Of a stretch of 64,000 nucleotides of DNA, positions 1 through 10,264 are shown piece after piece. Position 1 is the stretch's first letter. Every line of letters starts with the position of its first letter. The position numbers and the translations under genes were made by a program. Origin of the DNA: Vulcanisaeta sp. AZ3 (GTDB taxonomy: Archaea; Thermoproteota; Thermoprotei; Thermoproteales; Thermocladiaceae); assembly GCA_000960865.2 (NCBI GenBank), contig JZWU02000005.1, positions 1 through 64,000 of the forward strand. The letters are read 5' to 3'. The notes below the pieces were generated by a model. It was not told the origin of the DNA. It did no database searches and saw nothing but the letters and a program-made list of their open reading frames with translations.

Positions 1-108
1 CCAAAGGGTAGGAAGGGCTTCGTAATGGCACTCTTCAAAACACCAGACGGAAAAACAATAAGAAAAGTAATAGCAAAAGTAGACGAACAAGGAAACATAA
101 CAACCTAA
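1..108 (+). CDS. creN7: Chromatin protein Cren7, 3' part (partial at window edge)
   Basis: Frame 1 reads [35 protein letters not shown], matching the Cren7 PKGRKG...LFK.P.GK..R signature. Confidence 0.8.
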   Translation, partial: PKGRKGFVMALFKTPDGKTIRKVIAKVDEQGNITT

Positions 109-156
109 AACAAAAGTCAAAAATAAAACATTAAAAACATTATTTTTACATTTTTA

Positions 157-1377
157 TTATCTTTTATAATAATTAAGTACACGCCTTATCGCTTTAGCAG
201 TGTCCACAGCATCCTCAGTAGTGTATAGTGGCCCAATTAAGATGGAAACTATACGTTCAGCTGCCCATTCTGCATTTGGTAATGACTTATAGGTAATTTT
301 TCTGCCATAGTATGGGCAGGTCCAGGGACACCCTTTTCCATGTCCTGCCATGTTTGTTATTATTGGTTCTTTATGTAGTGGTATTGGGTAGGCTATTGTG
401 GCTGCTTCGATGCCCTCAGCCCTTAGGGCATCAACGACTTTATCCCTATTGACCTTAATTCTTTCTAGATTGAGTAGTATTTGGAATAAATGCCATGCAT
501 GCCTGACGTATGGTTTTGGATGTGGAAACCATATTAAGTCATTCTCAAGGTCCTCAATTTCTTCCATTAAGGTCTTCGCGTAGTTCTCCTTAACCCTGAG
601 AATCTCCTCAATTCTTCTCAATTGTGAGTAACCAAGTGCCGCTTGAAACTCTGTCATTCTATAATTATAACCTAACAACTCGTAATAATACTTACCAGTC
701 TCACCGTGACTCCTAATCAGTCTAGCTCTTGAGACTATTTCATCACTATTCGTGACTACCGCACCACCCTCACCCGTGGTTATCGTTTTAGTAGGATAGA
801 AACTAAGCGTACCAACATCACCAATTGAACCTACTAACTTACCCCTATAAATGGCACCGAGTGCCTGAGCAGTATCCTCAATTACGTACAATCCTCTCTC
901 CTGGGCTATCTTCATTATATCATCCATCTCGGCTGGATAACCAGCCAGATGAACCACGATTATTGCCTTTGTTTTATCTGTAATTACATCTTCAATAGAT
1001 GTGGGGTCTATATTCAGAGTTTCCCTATTTATATCTGCGAATATTGGTATTGCATTGGAGTGTAGTATTGTTGTTGCTGTTGCTGCAAAGGTAAATGGAG
1101 TTGTTATTACTTCATCGCCAGGTCCAATACCGAGAGCTTTGAGAGCTACGTGTAGCGCTGATGTACCGTTAGATACAGTTATTGCATGCTTAACCCTTAG
1201 GTATTTCGATAATTCATCTTCGAGGGTTCTATTCCATTTGCCACCAATTGCTGATAACTGTCCTGACTTAAGGACGTCGATCACGAGATTCACATCCTCA
1301 TCACTTATCCAAGGTCTATAACGAAGGGGGTTAGTTCTAATGGGTCTTCCGCCATCAATTGCGGGTAGCTCATCCAC
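157..1377 (-). CDS. DegT/DnrJ/EryC1/StrS family PLP aminotransferase
   Basis: SNGTSALH, IEDTAQA, SFYPTKTITTGEGG (PLP Lys) and GYNYRM motifs. Confidence 0.9.
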   Translation of the reverse strand: MDELPAIDGGRPIRTNPLRYRPWISDEDVNLVIDVLKSGQLSAIGGKWNRTLEDELSKYLRVKHAITVSNGTSALHVALKALGIGPGDEVITTPFTFAATATTILHSNAIPIFADINRETLNIDPTSIEDVITDKTKAIIVVHLAGYPAEMDDIMKIAQERGLYVIEDTAQALGAIYRGKLVGSIGDVGTLSFYPTKTITTGEGGAVVTNSDEIVSRARLIRSHGETGKYYYELLGYNYRMTEFQAALGYSQLRRIEEILRVKENYAKTLMEEIEDLENDLIWFPHPKPYVRHAWHLFQILLNLERIKVNRDKVVDALRAEGIEAATIAYPIPLHKEPIITNMAGHGKGCPWTCPYYGRKITYKSLPNAEWAAERIVSILIGPLYTTEDAVDTAKAIRRVLNYYKR

Positions 1378-1415
1378 GTAATGGAGACACTTATTGATTT
1401 TATAAAAGCATTGCC

Positions 1416-1853
1416 CTACTTACGAATTTTAACCTTAACCTTGTATAACCGTGATAATGCCTCCTCAAGCGCCTTGGTTTCATTGGGAAAATTCTCAAGC
1501 CCTAGTTTCTCCTCAGAACTAGATATTTCATTAACCCACTTACATTCTTTGGATATCAATACCTCACCTGTGTTTGGGTTATAGAATAATGGATACATTT
1601 TACAGGCTAGGGGCTTAACTTCGTGTATTGCGCAAGACTTACCCTCCTTATCATAAAAGGGGCAATAACCCTTAATTAACCATCTATATACCTTAACGCC
1701 ATTTATTGCGAGCTCACGATACCTAACCTCAAATCCCCTATTCCTGGCTAACGTCATTATTCTTAACAACTCATCTTCAAATAGTATGGGTCCCCTATCC
1801 TCATTATCAAAATAGCAACACTCATTGCATCTAAGGCATTGGAAGGACTTCAT
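1416..1853 (-). CDS. YkgJ-family cysteine-cluster protein
   Basis: CxxCxxCC...CPF...CAIHxxKPxxCxxYP pattern. Confidence 0.85.
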   Translation of the reverse strand: MKSFQCLRCNECCYFDNEDRGPILFEDELLRIMTLARNRGFEVRYRELAINGVKVYRWLIKGYCPFYDKEGKSCAIHEVKPLACKMYPLFYNPNTGEVLISKECKWVNEISSSEEKLGLENFPNETKALEEALSRLYKVKVKIRK

Positions 1854-2722
1854 TCTTGATCACCAACATTTAATACTTTATTAATGAATAAATTCCTCAT
1901 ACTCTCAATATCCTTAGTCCTAGGCTTTCTAAAAATACCAACATCAGTTATTAGATAATCAACCAAGTCTAGCGGTACTATGTCGAATAAAGGCAACTCT
2001 ATTGTTATACCACCTACATCAATTCTCATCACATGTATATAATTCGTATCCCCAGCAGCCGCCTTATACGATTCCGCTATGAGTACTATTTCTGCATCAT
2101 ACTCACGGGCAACAATCATTAAGGTCTTCGTCCCAATTTTATTTAAGAAATATCCATCACTGTATAGTCCATCCGCACCAACCAATACGTAGTTAATGCC
2201 ATATCTCTCTATGAAATGAGCTATCGCGGCATCAGGTATTGGCTTAATGGAACTTACGAATTCCGAGTACTTCTTAATAGCCTCGGTAATCTCCTCTCCA
2301 GGTCTTGATTCCATTATGAATAGATCCTCGAAGCACTTGCCCCACTTAGTCAGGGCTGTGGTGACCGCTTGGCTGTAACTAATAGTTATTGCATTTGACC
2401 CACACCTAATCGCATGTCCATCCAACTGAACCGATAACCTATTTTGTGACTCATAATATTCACGCTTAAGCCTATTAATAATATCATTAAGGTCCAAACC
2501 CCTGGCCAGGGCCTGTTCGATGATGTGAGTTAGGGTTAATAGTGAGGCCATGCCAGGCCTTAAGTTCTTTAATTCATTAATTATGGGCCTAACGCCATCG
2601 AGACCTAATTCACTCATCGCTTGACTTATTAAATCAATGCTCCTAATGAAGTAGTAGGATGCTCCGTGAATTTTATCCTCCTTAAGTTCCTTTAATATAT
2701 CATAAGCATTCATGCTACTCAT
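1850..2722 (-). CDS. eIF-2B alpha/beta/delta-family (sugar-phosphate isomerase-like) protein
   Basis: HGA, ESRPG, VGAD, NKIGT, AESYK and ITDVG motifs. Confidence 0.8.
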   Translation of the reverse strand: MSSMNAYDILKELKEDKIHGASYYFIRSIDLISQAMSELGLDGVRPIINELKNLRPGMASLLTLTHIIEQALARGLDLNDIINRLKREYYESQNRLSVQLDGHAIRCGSNAITISYSQAVTTALTKWGKCFEDLFIMESRPGEEITEAIKKYSEFVSSIKPIPDAAIAHFIERYGINYVLVGADGLYSDGYFLNKIGTKTLMIVAREYDAEIVLIAESYKAAAGDTNYIHVMRIDVGGITIELPLFDIVPLDLVDYLITDVGIFRKPRTKDIESMRNLFINKVLNVGDQE

Positions 2723-2837
2723 TAAGCGATGAATGTGGAATTAAAATCTAATCATATCAGGAGACGAGACCGGCGTATAGCTATATGTTTTAGGTAGTAG
2801 CAATATGCTTATTAACTAATTATTTATTGGGTGTTAA

Positions 2838-3677
2838 ATGCTATATATTGAGCTTCCTGAGTGCCTACTCTGTGCCTTTGAATCGAGAATGCAAGAAGTC
2901 AGGAGGCTTGGAGTTAATGATTTAGGTAAGTATTCTAAATTGTCGATTAGGATTTCAGAGTTAATGCCTGGGGGTAGGACTCCTCTCTTCATAGAATCCT
3001 TTGAGGAATTAACAAAGATGCTAAATAATGAAGATCCTCATCTTGAGGAGAAGAAAGAGTTGGAGAGGGTTGCATCATCAATATTGCACGTAATTGTGAA
3101 TAGCATTGGTGGTGATGTGATTAAGTACTTCGAGGTTGCCGCAGCTGCAAACTCAGTTGATGTGCCAATGAGAGATTATAACTTTGACATTAATGACTTC
3201 ATAAACAAGCTTCTTGAGGAGCCTATTTGGATAGGCATAACTAGGGATAAGCTTACTAAGTTATTAAGTGATTCTAAGAGTATTGGTTATGTTGTTGATA
3301 ATTCAGGAGAATTCCAAATAGATTCATTATTAATTAAGAGGCTTGTGAATGCAGGGATTAATGTCACGGTTTACGCAAGAGGCATGCCATACGAAGTAGA
3401 CATAACAGCAGACTACGCAAGTAAGATACTAAAAGACATTAATGTTAAGATCATATCAACAAAAAATAGATACCCAGTATTCTACAATGAAAATCTATGG
3501 AGTAATTTAAGGAAGCATGATTTAATAATTTCAAAGGGTATTGGGAATTTCGAAGCCTATTTAGAGAAGGAGCTTGATTTAAGGACCTTATTCTTATTTA
3601 GAGCGAAGTGCGGACCAATAATTAGGTTGCTCAAGGTGCCTAGAAATAGTCCTGTTATTTATCTCTTAGGAGGATAA
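2838..3677 (+). CDS. DUF89/ARMT1-like damage-control phosphatase
   Basis: N-terminal ECxxC, DNSGE, ISKGIGNFE and AKC motifs. Confidence 0.85.
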   Translation: MLYIELPECLLCAFESRMQEVRRLGVNDLGKYSKLSIRISELMPGGRTPLFIESFEELTKMLNNEDPHLEEKKELERVASSILHVIVNSIGGDVIKYFEVAAAANSVDVPMRDYNFDINDFINKLLEEPIWIGITRDKLTKLLSDSKSIGYVVDNSGEFQIDSLLIKRLVNAGINVTVYARGMPYEVDITADYASKILKDINVKIISTKNRYPVFYNENLWSNLRKHDLIISKGIGNFEAYLEKELDLRTLFLFRAKCGPIIRLLKVPRNSPVIYLLGG

Positions 3678-3822
3678 ATTAAGTGTTTAATTAATATTAT
3701 TTATTGTTGAGTTGACATATTTGTTAATTATTCTCTATTATATATCATTTATTATGTTGTAGAACTATTATTGATTTAGGCATTAGGGAAAGTTTTTAAT
3801 AAGGTATCTTGTCACGAATCAC

Positions 3823-4884
3823 GTGAAGTTCGCATTAAAGTGTTCCCCAGGACAGAGGATAGAGAGACGTAGCGAGAGGGTTGCTATTATTGGTGCTGGT
3901 CCTGCGGGCCTTGGTGCTGCAGGTTACTTAATATGTAAGGGATTTCAGGTTGATGTTTATGATAAATTGCCTGAACCAGGTGGATTAATGATATTCGGAA
4001 TCCCTGAGTATAGGGTTCCTAAGAAGAATGTGAGAACTGGTGTTAAGGAGCTCGTGGAGCTTGGTGTTAATTTCATACTTAAGACTAAAGTGGTTACAGA
4101 TGAGGAGGAGCATGTTGATGGTGATGATTTTGTTGAAAGTAAAGTTCTCCTTGAGGATTTAATTAATAAGTATAATGCCGTACTAATAGCCACTGGAACT
4201 TGGAAATCAAGAAACTTAGGCGTACCTGGCGAGAACCTCAGAGGTGTTTACCTAGCCCTTGACTACTTATATAGGATTTACACAAGCGAGTTGGGTTATC
4301 TACCTAAGTCGGTGATTTATCCAACGGGAAATAAGGTTGCCGTAATAGGGGCTGGCTTAACTGCAGTTGATGCGGCAATAGAAGCTCAGAGACAAGGAGC
4401 AAGGGAGGTCTATGTACTTTATAGGAGGACGATCAACGAAGCACCTGCGGGCAAGATGGAGATACAGAACTTAATTAAGAGGGGTATCAACTTCGTGGAG
4501 CTTGTGGGAATTACAGAAGTGTTGGGTAAGGATCACGTGGAGGCTGTTAGACTTATTAAGATGAAACTTGGTAGACCTGACAGGAGCGGTAGACCAGCCC
4601 CAGAGCCAATACCAGGTAGTGAGTACATTATGGAGATGGATAATGTAATAGCTGCTGTGGGTGAAGTACCAACACCACCCTTTAAGGATGGTTGCTGCGG
4701 AATTAGATTAACATCGCATGGAACAATAGATATAGATCAGAAACACAGAACCACGAGAAAGGGCGTATTTGCTGCTGGCGACGTGGCTACAGGACCAAGC
4801 CTAATAGGTAAGGCTTTAAAGAATGGTATTGATGCGGCCATGGGTATTGAGGAGTACATACTTAAGGGCGGCTGGAGAGAATGA
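3823..4884 (+). CDS. GltD-like FAD/NAD(P)H oxidoreductase (glutamate synthase small-subunit family)
   Basis: GAGPAGL, GGLMIFGIPEYR, second GAGLTAVD, YRR and FAAGD motifs; lacks the N-terminal Fe-S domain. Confidence 0.85.
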   Translation: MKFALKCSPGQRIERRSERVAIIGAGPAGLGAAGYLICKGFQVDVYDKLPEPGGLMIFGIPEYRVPKKNVRTGVKELVELGVNFILKTKVVTDEEEHVDGDDFVESKVLLEDLINKYNAVLIATGTWKSRNLGVPGENLRGVYLALDYLYRIYTSELGYLPKSVIYPTGNKVAVIGAGLTAVDAAIEAQRQGAREVYVLYRRTINEAPAGKMEIQNLIKRGINFVELVGITEVLGKDHVEAVRLIKMKLGRPDRSGRPAPEPIPGSEYIMEMDNVIAAVGEVPTPPFKDGCCGIRLTSHGTIDIDQKHRTTRKGVFAAGDVATGPSLIGKALKNGIDAAMGIEEYILKGGWRE

Positions 4885-4916
4885 ATATACTCCTCAAAAA
4901 TTCCTTGAATCTTCAG

Positions 4917-5573
4917 TTAAATACTATAGGGATCATGGTAAAACTCCACGTTGGTTCTCCTCATAATCCTATTAATTAGTACCTCAGCTATTTCTAACTT
5001 CTTTCTCTTTATCTCATCATCTCTCTTTACAATCTTCCTTGGGTTGAAGCCGTAAATCTTAATCTTCCTGGCGCCCATGTAATAAGCCAGATAAGCAGCC
5101 CTATCTCCATCCGTAAACCCAGGTATTAGTAATGAGCAGCCCTTAGGCCAAACCTGCACCGTCGGTATTAATCTCTGAATCCTTGAAGCCCATTGCGGAT
5201 AATAATCAATATTATCACCATGAGCATGCGCCAATACTATGCAATCGCAATTCACTAACTCCTCAGGCATGAAGTCCAGGTCACTAACTATTATTTGGGG
5301 CTTTAACCCCCAATTCCTTAATAGGTGTGCTGAGTAGCCCTCAACAGCAATGATTAAATCCCCTGAATCAGGCTTAGTTTCCGCTGGAGGCATTACCACC
5401 GAAACAGAGCCCCAGTTAAAATTCCACAAATGATCAATATCAGAATTACAGAAGCTACTAGCTAACTCTGCAGCCTCATAATCTCGTGGATAGTTAAGGC
5501 CTGGCAACATGGACGTATAAATGCTCCTCGTAATAATCCACTCTAGTGGATCAAAAACCACCGGCCTGGGCAC
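4917..5573 (-). CDS. MptE-like 6-hydroxymethylpterin diphosphokinase (DUF115)
   Basis: SDLD, HAHGDNI, GFTDGDRA and KxxKL motifs. Confidence 0.8.
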   Translation of the reverse strand: MPRPVVFDPLEWIITRSIYTSMLPGLNYPRDYEAAELASSFCNSDIDHLWNFNWGSVSVVMPPAETKPDSGDLIIAVEGYSAHLLRNWGLKPQIIVSDLDFMPEELVNCDCIVLAHAHGDNIDYYPQWASRIQRLIPTVQVWPKGCSLLIPGFTDGDRAAYLAYYMGARKIKIYGFNPRKIVKRDDEIKRKKLEIAEVLINRIMRRTNVEFYHDPYSI

Positions 5574-5651
5574 ATCCTATAAAACTTCGTGCCATTTATA
5601 AAACCTGTATACCAAAAATTTAAATGAAAACCAGTACCAATGTAACTTGTC

Positions 5652-6557
5652 ATGAAATTACTATCCTTCCTTAGGAATGGGATAATTAAGGTTGGTGTAT
5701 ATACAGATAAGGGCATTATTGATTTACCAGAAACCTACATGACTATTTACGACACCAATAGCGCTCCAGACTTTCTATACGATATGAAGAAGCTAATTGA
5801 GTATAGTGAACCAACAATGTCCTTAATTAAGGACCTAATGAACAGAGCACTTAAGGATGGTAATACCGTAATTAGGGACCCAAGTTCAATAACTTGGTTA
5901 CCACCAGTTGTGAATCCCGAAAAGATACTCTGTGTTGCAGTTAATTATAAGGAGCATGGCAGAGAAAGCAGTGCTAAACCATTGGATAGGCCATACTTCT
6001 TCCCAAAATTCCCAAATGCATTAATCGGCCATCTACAGCCAGTACTCAAGCCAAAGGTTTCAAGACAAGTTGATTGGGAGGTGGAGCTTGCTTTGATAAT
6101 TGGGAGAAGGGGTAAGTATATAGATGCAGGTAAGGCCCTCGACTACGTATTCGGCTATCTAATACTTAATGATATATCAATGAGAGATTGGCAATTCCCA
6201 AGTAAAGAGCCTTACGGGATGGATTGGATCTACGGCAAGAGCATGGATACCTCAACACCCGTAGGACCATACATAGTCACCAAGGACGAGATAGAGGACC
6301 CCCATAACCTAAAACTTACACTTAAGGTTAATGGTGTAGTAGAGCAAGAGGATAATACCAGTAATTTAATATTCAAGATCCCAGAACTAATACATTGGGC
6401 CTCCCAGGGTATTTCATTAAAGCCGGGAGACTACATAAGCACCGGAACACCAGCTGGTGTAGGCTTTCCCAAGAATAAATTCTTGAAAGGCGGCGATATC
6501 GTCGAGGCTGAGATCGAGGGTATAGGGACATTAGTAAACACCGTCATCGATGAGTAA
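5652..6557 (+). CDS. Fumarylacetoacetate hydrolase family protein
   Basis: KILCVAVNY, DWEVEL, NDISMRD and STGTPAGVG motifs. Confidence 0.9.
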   Translation: MKLLSFLRNGIIKVGVYTDKGIIDLPETYMTIYDTNSAPDFLYDMKKLIEYSEPTMSLIKDLMNRALKDGNTVIRDPSSITWLPPVVNPEKILCVAVNYKEHGRESSAKPLDRPYFFPKFPNALIGHLQPVLKPKVSRQVDWEVELALIIGRRGKYIDAGKALDYVFGYLILNDISMRDWQFPSKEPYGMDWIYGKSMDTSTPVGPYIVTKDEIEDPHNLKLTLKVNGVVEQEDNTSNLIFKIPELIHWASQGISLKPGDYISTGTPAGVGFPKNKFLKGGDIVEAEIEGIGTLVNTVIDE

Positions 6558-6576
6558 ATCGTAATTTAAGAATTCC

Positions 6577-6665
6577 TGGTGCCGGGGCCGGGATTTGAAC
6601 CCGGGCCCCCTTGCGGGGACAGGATCTCAAGTCCTGCGCCTTGGACCTGGCTCGGCCACCCCGGC
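6577..6665 (-). tRNA. tRNA-Ser (anticodon UGA), long variable arm, CCA encoded
   Basis: GCCGGGG/CCCCGGC acceptor stem; CAGGA-CT-TGA-GA-TCCTG anticodon arm; GGTTCAAATCC T-arm; ends ACCA. Confidence 0.93.
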
Positions 6666-6742
6666 GAGTTTATTCGGTTATTAATTTCCTTAATTAAGCT
6701 TTTCTCGTACATTTTCAAGAGCTAGTCTTTGTTTAGGATTTT

Positions 6743-7267
6743 CTACTCTTCAATCATGGAGGTTAACGTTATTTGTATTGCCTTTAATTTTTCATACTCA
6801 TCCTCAAGACCGTACTTAAGAGCTCTTATCATATATTTAACTGCCTTATTCCTTAGTCTCCTTATGTATTCATTGCCTCTCGGATTCACTATGCCTTTCT
6901 TAACTTTACTTATTATATCCATGGACTCCTTAATTAACTCATCAATCTCCATCTTTAATCCCACTTGGCTTAAATCTACATGCTCCTCAATGGCTTTTTT
7001 GTTTATGTTCACATTTAAGAATATTGGTTGCGCTAGAACTTTTGGTTCGGGTCTTATTAATTTGTACTTACCCATTATATACCCAGCAACTAAGTACCTA
7101 AGTAATTCTGAAACGCCATCAAGCCCCTCCTTATCCGCTAATTTAGTTAGTAACTCCTTTACCGATCTATGAACCCTTACTGAGACTACGGCTCCATCCT
7201 TTTCAGGAGCCCTGAATAGGTCTTCATACTTTATTGGTATATCATCTATTACGATGGTCTCACTCAT
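6743..7267 (-). CDS. Hypothetical protein with N-terminal ribbon-helix-helix-like motif
   Basis: VVSVRV..KELLTKLA..G..VSELLR pattern. Confidence 0.6.
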   Translation of the reverse strand: MSETIVIDDIPIKYEDLFRAPEKDGAVVSVRVHRSVKELLTKLADKEGLDGVSELLRYLVAGYIMGKYKLIRPEPKVLAQPIFLNVNINKKAIEEHVDLSQVGLKMEIDELIKESMDIISKVKKGIVNPRGNEYIRRLRNKAVKYMIRALKYGLEDEYEKLKAIQITLTSMIEE

Positions 7268-7363
7268 CAGTCAAGTAATTAGGGAGGCTTTAAATTTAGG
7301 GATGATTTATTTTACGCAGGTAATACATGGCTCAGTATACCATCTTTCCTAACTAATCAACTC

Positions 7364-8251
7364 TTAAATCCTGAGAAGATTTATGTAGTTAATAAGAACA
7401 TCATCCCCCAATACCTTCTTCACCATATTCAGAGCTTCATCAAGCATATTATTCAGCATATCTTTAGCAGTTCCTACTGCATTGTCTATATCACTATTAA
7501 TACTAAGTATTTTAATTATATTAATTTCATTATTATTAATACCAGGGTTTTGTTTATCCACATTAAAATAATCTAATATATCATCACGAAGCTGAAAGGC
7601 AAGGCCTACAAGCCTACCCACATTCCTAATATTACTGATTAAATCCTCACCCTTAACATTAACTGAATAAGCACCAACTACCATGGAGGACTCGATTAGT
7701 GCAGCCGTCTTGTAATAGATTAGCTTCAAGTAATCATTCACTGTTACGTAGTTCCTATCATTAAGTTCAAGCTCCAAGCCTTGTCCTATGGCAAGCTTAA
7801 TGGAGGAGTTAATGAGCTCAAATACAACATCATTATCACCACTTCTCACTGCAAGCTCTACAGCCTTAGCAATCATTAAGTCACTGGCGAGCATTGCCAT
7901 ATTCTCTCCATAAAGGTTATAGGGTGTCTCTACACCCCTCCTTATCCTCTGTTTGTCCATAATATCGTCTTGCAATAACGATGCCATATGTATAAACTCC
8001 ACTGAGGCTGCAGGCAACACTGCTCTCTCAAGCCCATTACTATTGCTCAGGGCATAGGCTGTTAGAAGGACCAGCGTTGGCCTGATTAATTTACCCTTAT
8101 TCCTTATGTAATGATAGGCTGCATTGCTTAATTTGTTAGGCATCCAGGCATTGTTGAAGGCTTCATTAATGACATTAATAACTCTGGCCAACGCTTCCCT
8201 AACCTTATTGGGTAATAGTTCCATGTATTTCTCTGGATTCAATACTACCAT
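7364..8251 (-). CDS. Polyprenyl diphosphate (GGPP-type) synthase
   Basis: GKLIRP, DDIMD, KTA and FQLRDDILD motifs. Confidence 0.9.
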   Translation of the reverse strand: MVVLNPEKYMELLPNKVREALARVINVINEAFNNAWMPNKLSNAAYHYIRNKGKLIRPTLVLLTAYALSNSNGLERAVLPAASVEFIHMASLLQDDIMDKQRIRRGVETPYNLYGENMAMLASDLMIAKAVELAVRSGDNDVVFELINSSIKLAIGQGLELELNDRNYVTVNDYLKLIYYKTAALIESSMVVGAYSVNVKGEDLISNIRNVGRLVGLAFQLRDDILDYFNVDKQNPGINNNEINIIKILSINSDIDNAVGTAKDMLNNMLDEALNMVKKVLGDDVLINYINLLRI

Positions 8252-8310
8252 TTAATTCAAGAACCAATAACCCTTAGCCTTAATAAATTATACATACACG
8301 TTAGTTAAAA

Positions 8311-9501
8311 CTAAATTAACTTAATCAGTGGACTACCAATTAGAAACTTAAGTAACGTGCCTAATTTCATTGATGATAATGTAGCCTCATAGATAGAACT
8401 TGCCAAGAAATTCCTCGAAATTCTTAATGCCTTCTCCATGGTAGTTTTACTCATTAATAAGGGATCACCAAGCTTCCTAAATAGTAACATTCTATCCATT
8501 AATGGCTTAAAGATTTTATTCATTAGTTCGTGATAACTCTCACCACGAATTAGTGACTCACCAAGTAAGTGCGCCGTTATCATGGCTGGATTTATACCTG
8601 CACCATTAGTGGGAATTACAGAACCAACAGCGTCACCAATGAGATAAGCACTATCAACACCATACCTATCTAATAACCCACCCACAGGCAAGGCCTTCAT
8701 TAGTATTGACCTACGGGAATGCTCTAAACCATACTTTCTAGTAAACTCCATATGTCTGTTCATCGGATTAACTCCACTCCATGCCACGTTGTTCCTAACC
8801 CCAACACCAATATTATGAGATCCATCACCCCTCGGAAAAATCCAAGCGAAACCACCAGGTGCTAGTTCTGGGTCCATTATAATCACAGCCTCTTCCTCAT
8901 CATAATTACCCGTTGCTCTAGCACTCGTGGCTATTATTAAATCTACATCCTTAAACCCATGAGTTATCCCTAAACTTTTATCAACAATTGAGGGATATGC
9001 GTCGGCACCTACTAAGTATTTGCTACGAATTACGTACTCGCCTCCCTCTCTCTCATGAACAAGGCATTCATAACCAACACTCTTATTAATGCACCTAATA
9101 CTAACCACTCCAAATTTGATTCTGGCACCACCATTAATCGCATCCTTAAGAACATCCTTAATCAATGCCTCCTTATTGATTAAATAAGTCTTGAAAGGCA
9201 TTGTGCCTATATCATGGTCGTTGATCAAAATCCTTAACTCCTTAATCTCATTAACAATGTGCTCCTTACGGAGCGTCTCCTTAATTGTGGTAAGGAGTAC
9301 ATTATTTAGGCCTTTATTGATCCAAGGGCTGAGTAGATCCTCACTAGGTAGTAGTTCACCGCATATTATTGGTGCGTAGATCACGGATTTCTTATCAATG
9401 ACCATAACATCACCATCAAACCCATTCCTGACTAAGTAACGGGCTAGGTAGGAACCTGCAGGCCCACCGCCAACTATTAGTATGTCAGTATTAACACCCA
9501 C
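8311..9501 (-). CDS. Geranylgeranyl reductase family flavoprotein
   Basis: GGGPAGS, PGGFAWIFP and GDAVG..P..GAGI motifs; adjacent to the prenyl synthase. Confidence 0.85.
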   Translation of the reverse strand: MGVNTDILIVGGGPAGSYLARYLVRNGFDGDVMVIDKKSVIYAPIICGELLPSEDLLSPWINKGLNNVLLTTIKETLRKEHIVNEIKELRILINDHDIGTMPFKTYLINKEALIKDVLKDAINGGARIKFGVVSIRCINKSVGYECLVHEREGGEYVIRSKYLVGADAYPSIVDKSLGITHGFKDVDLIIATSARATGNYDEEEAVIIMDPELAPGGFAWIFPRGDGSHNIGVGVRNNVAWSGVNPMNRHMEFTRKYGLEHSRRSILMKALPVGGLLDRYGVDSAYLIGDAVGSVIPTNGAGINPAMITAHLLGESLIRGESYHELMNKIFKPLMDRMLLFRKLGDPLLMSKTTMEKALRISRNFLASSIYEATLSSMKLGTLLKFLIGSPLIKLI

Positions 9502-9578
9502 GCGGATTATGCAATCGTTTATTTAATTAAATATTTGTGTATGGAAATCCTTAAAAAATCCAAATAAACCACAATGAC

Positions 9579-9785
9579 GTGCCTAGGGAAGTATTCTTAG
9601 TGGAGCTATGGCGGAGATACGCAGATACCGCTGAAGAGATTAGAGTTAAGAGATATCCGGACTACGTGAAGTTAAAAGCAAGGCTAAAGCACCACCTATA
9701 CACAATAAGGGTACCGAGTGACGTAGCTGAGCAATTAATTAGGGAATATAAATCAAAGAACAAAAAAGTAACAGAGTATTCCTAA
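9579..9785 (+). CDS. rpl38e: Ribosomal protein eL38 (L38e)
   Basis: MPR...VKLKAR...LYT pattern typical of L38e; 68 aa; GTG start after a TATA box. Confidence 0.8.
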   Translation: MPREVFLVELWRRYADTAEEIRVKRYPDYVKLKARLKHHLYTIRVPSDVAEQLIREYKSKNKKVTEYS

Positions 9786-9889
9786 CCACGGCATTATTTG
9801 ATACATAATTATTTCCACTAATCCACGAATGACCCTACGAAGTAATGATGACTTACCATAATCATTAATACCGGCCCACCAATCATCAT

Positions 9890-9947
9890 AACATCAGTGC
9901 TCCAAACCCTCAACATAAATTCAGATATTAATTAATTCATCATCGGG
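9890..9947 (-). ncRNA. C/D box sRNA
   Basis: Minus strand: C ATGATGA (9943-9937), 12-nt spacer, D' CTGA, C' ATGTTGA, guide GGGTTTGGAGCA, D CTGA (9897-9894). Confidence 0.7.
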
Positions 9948-9983
9948 CTAATAAACCTTATTAAGGGTAGGGAATTCATCACA

Positions 9984-10229
9984 ATGATGTCTACGGAAGA
10001 ATTAATAGGTAAGGCTAGGGAGGTAATTATGAAGTTAAGGAATGCAGAGCAATTAATAATGGATGGAAAGCTTGATGACGGCGTAAAATTATTCAAGGAG
10101 GCTACTAAGGAAGCAGTAGATAATGGGTTATTTGATAATTACATAGCAATAATTAGGAGAATTAGGCGTTTAATAATCAATGAGAAACATAAACAAACAA
10201 GTAAAGCTGAGGCTAAGTCAGGAACTTGA
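9984..10229 (+). CDS. Small helical hypothetical protein
   Basis: ORF with upstream TATA box and normal codon usage. Confidence 0.7.
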   Translation: MMSTEELIGKAREVIMKLRNAEQLIMDGKLDDGVKLFKEATKEAVDNGLFDNYIAIIRRIRRLIINEKHKQTSKAEAKSGT

Positions 10230-10264
10230 GGCATAATTTTTAAATTAATAAGAAACAACAACGA

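Noticed and set aside
6577-6665. tRNA-Sec or opal suppressor reading of the long-arm tRNA
   Set aside because: The anticodon is UGA (reads UCA, Ser), not UCA, and the acceptor/T stems have the standard 7/5 geometry.
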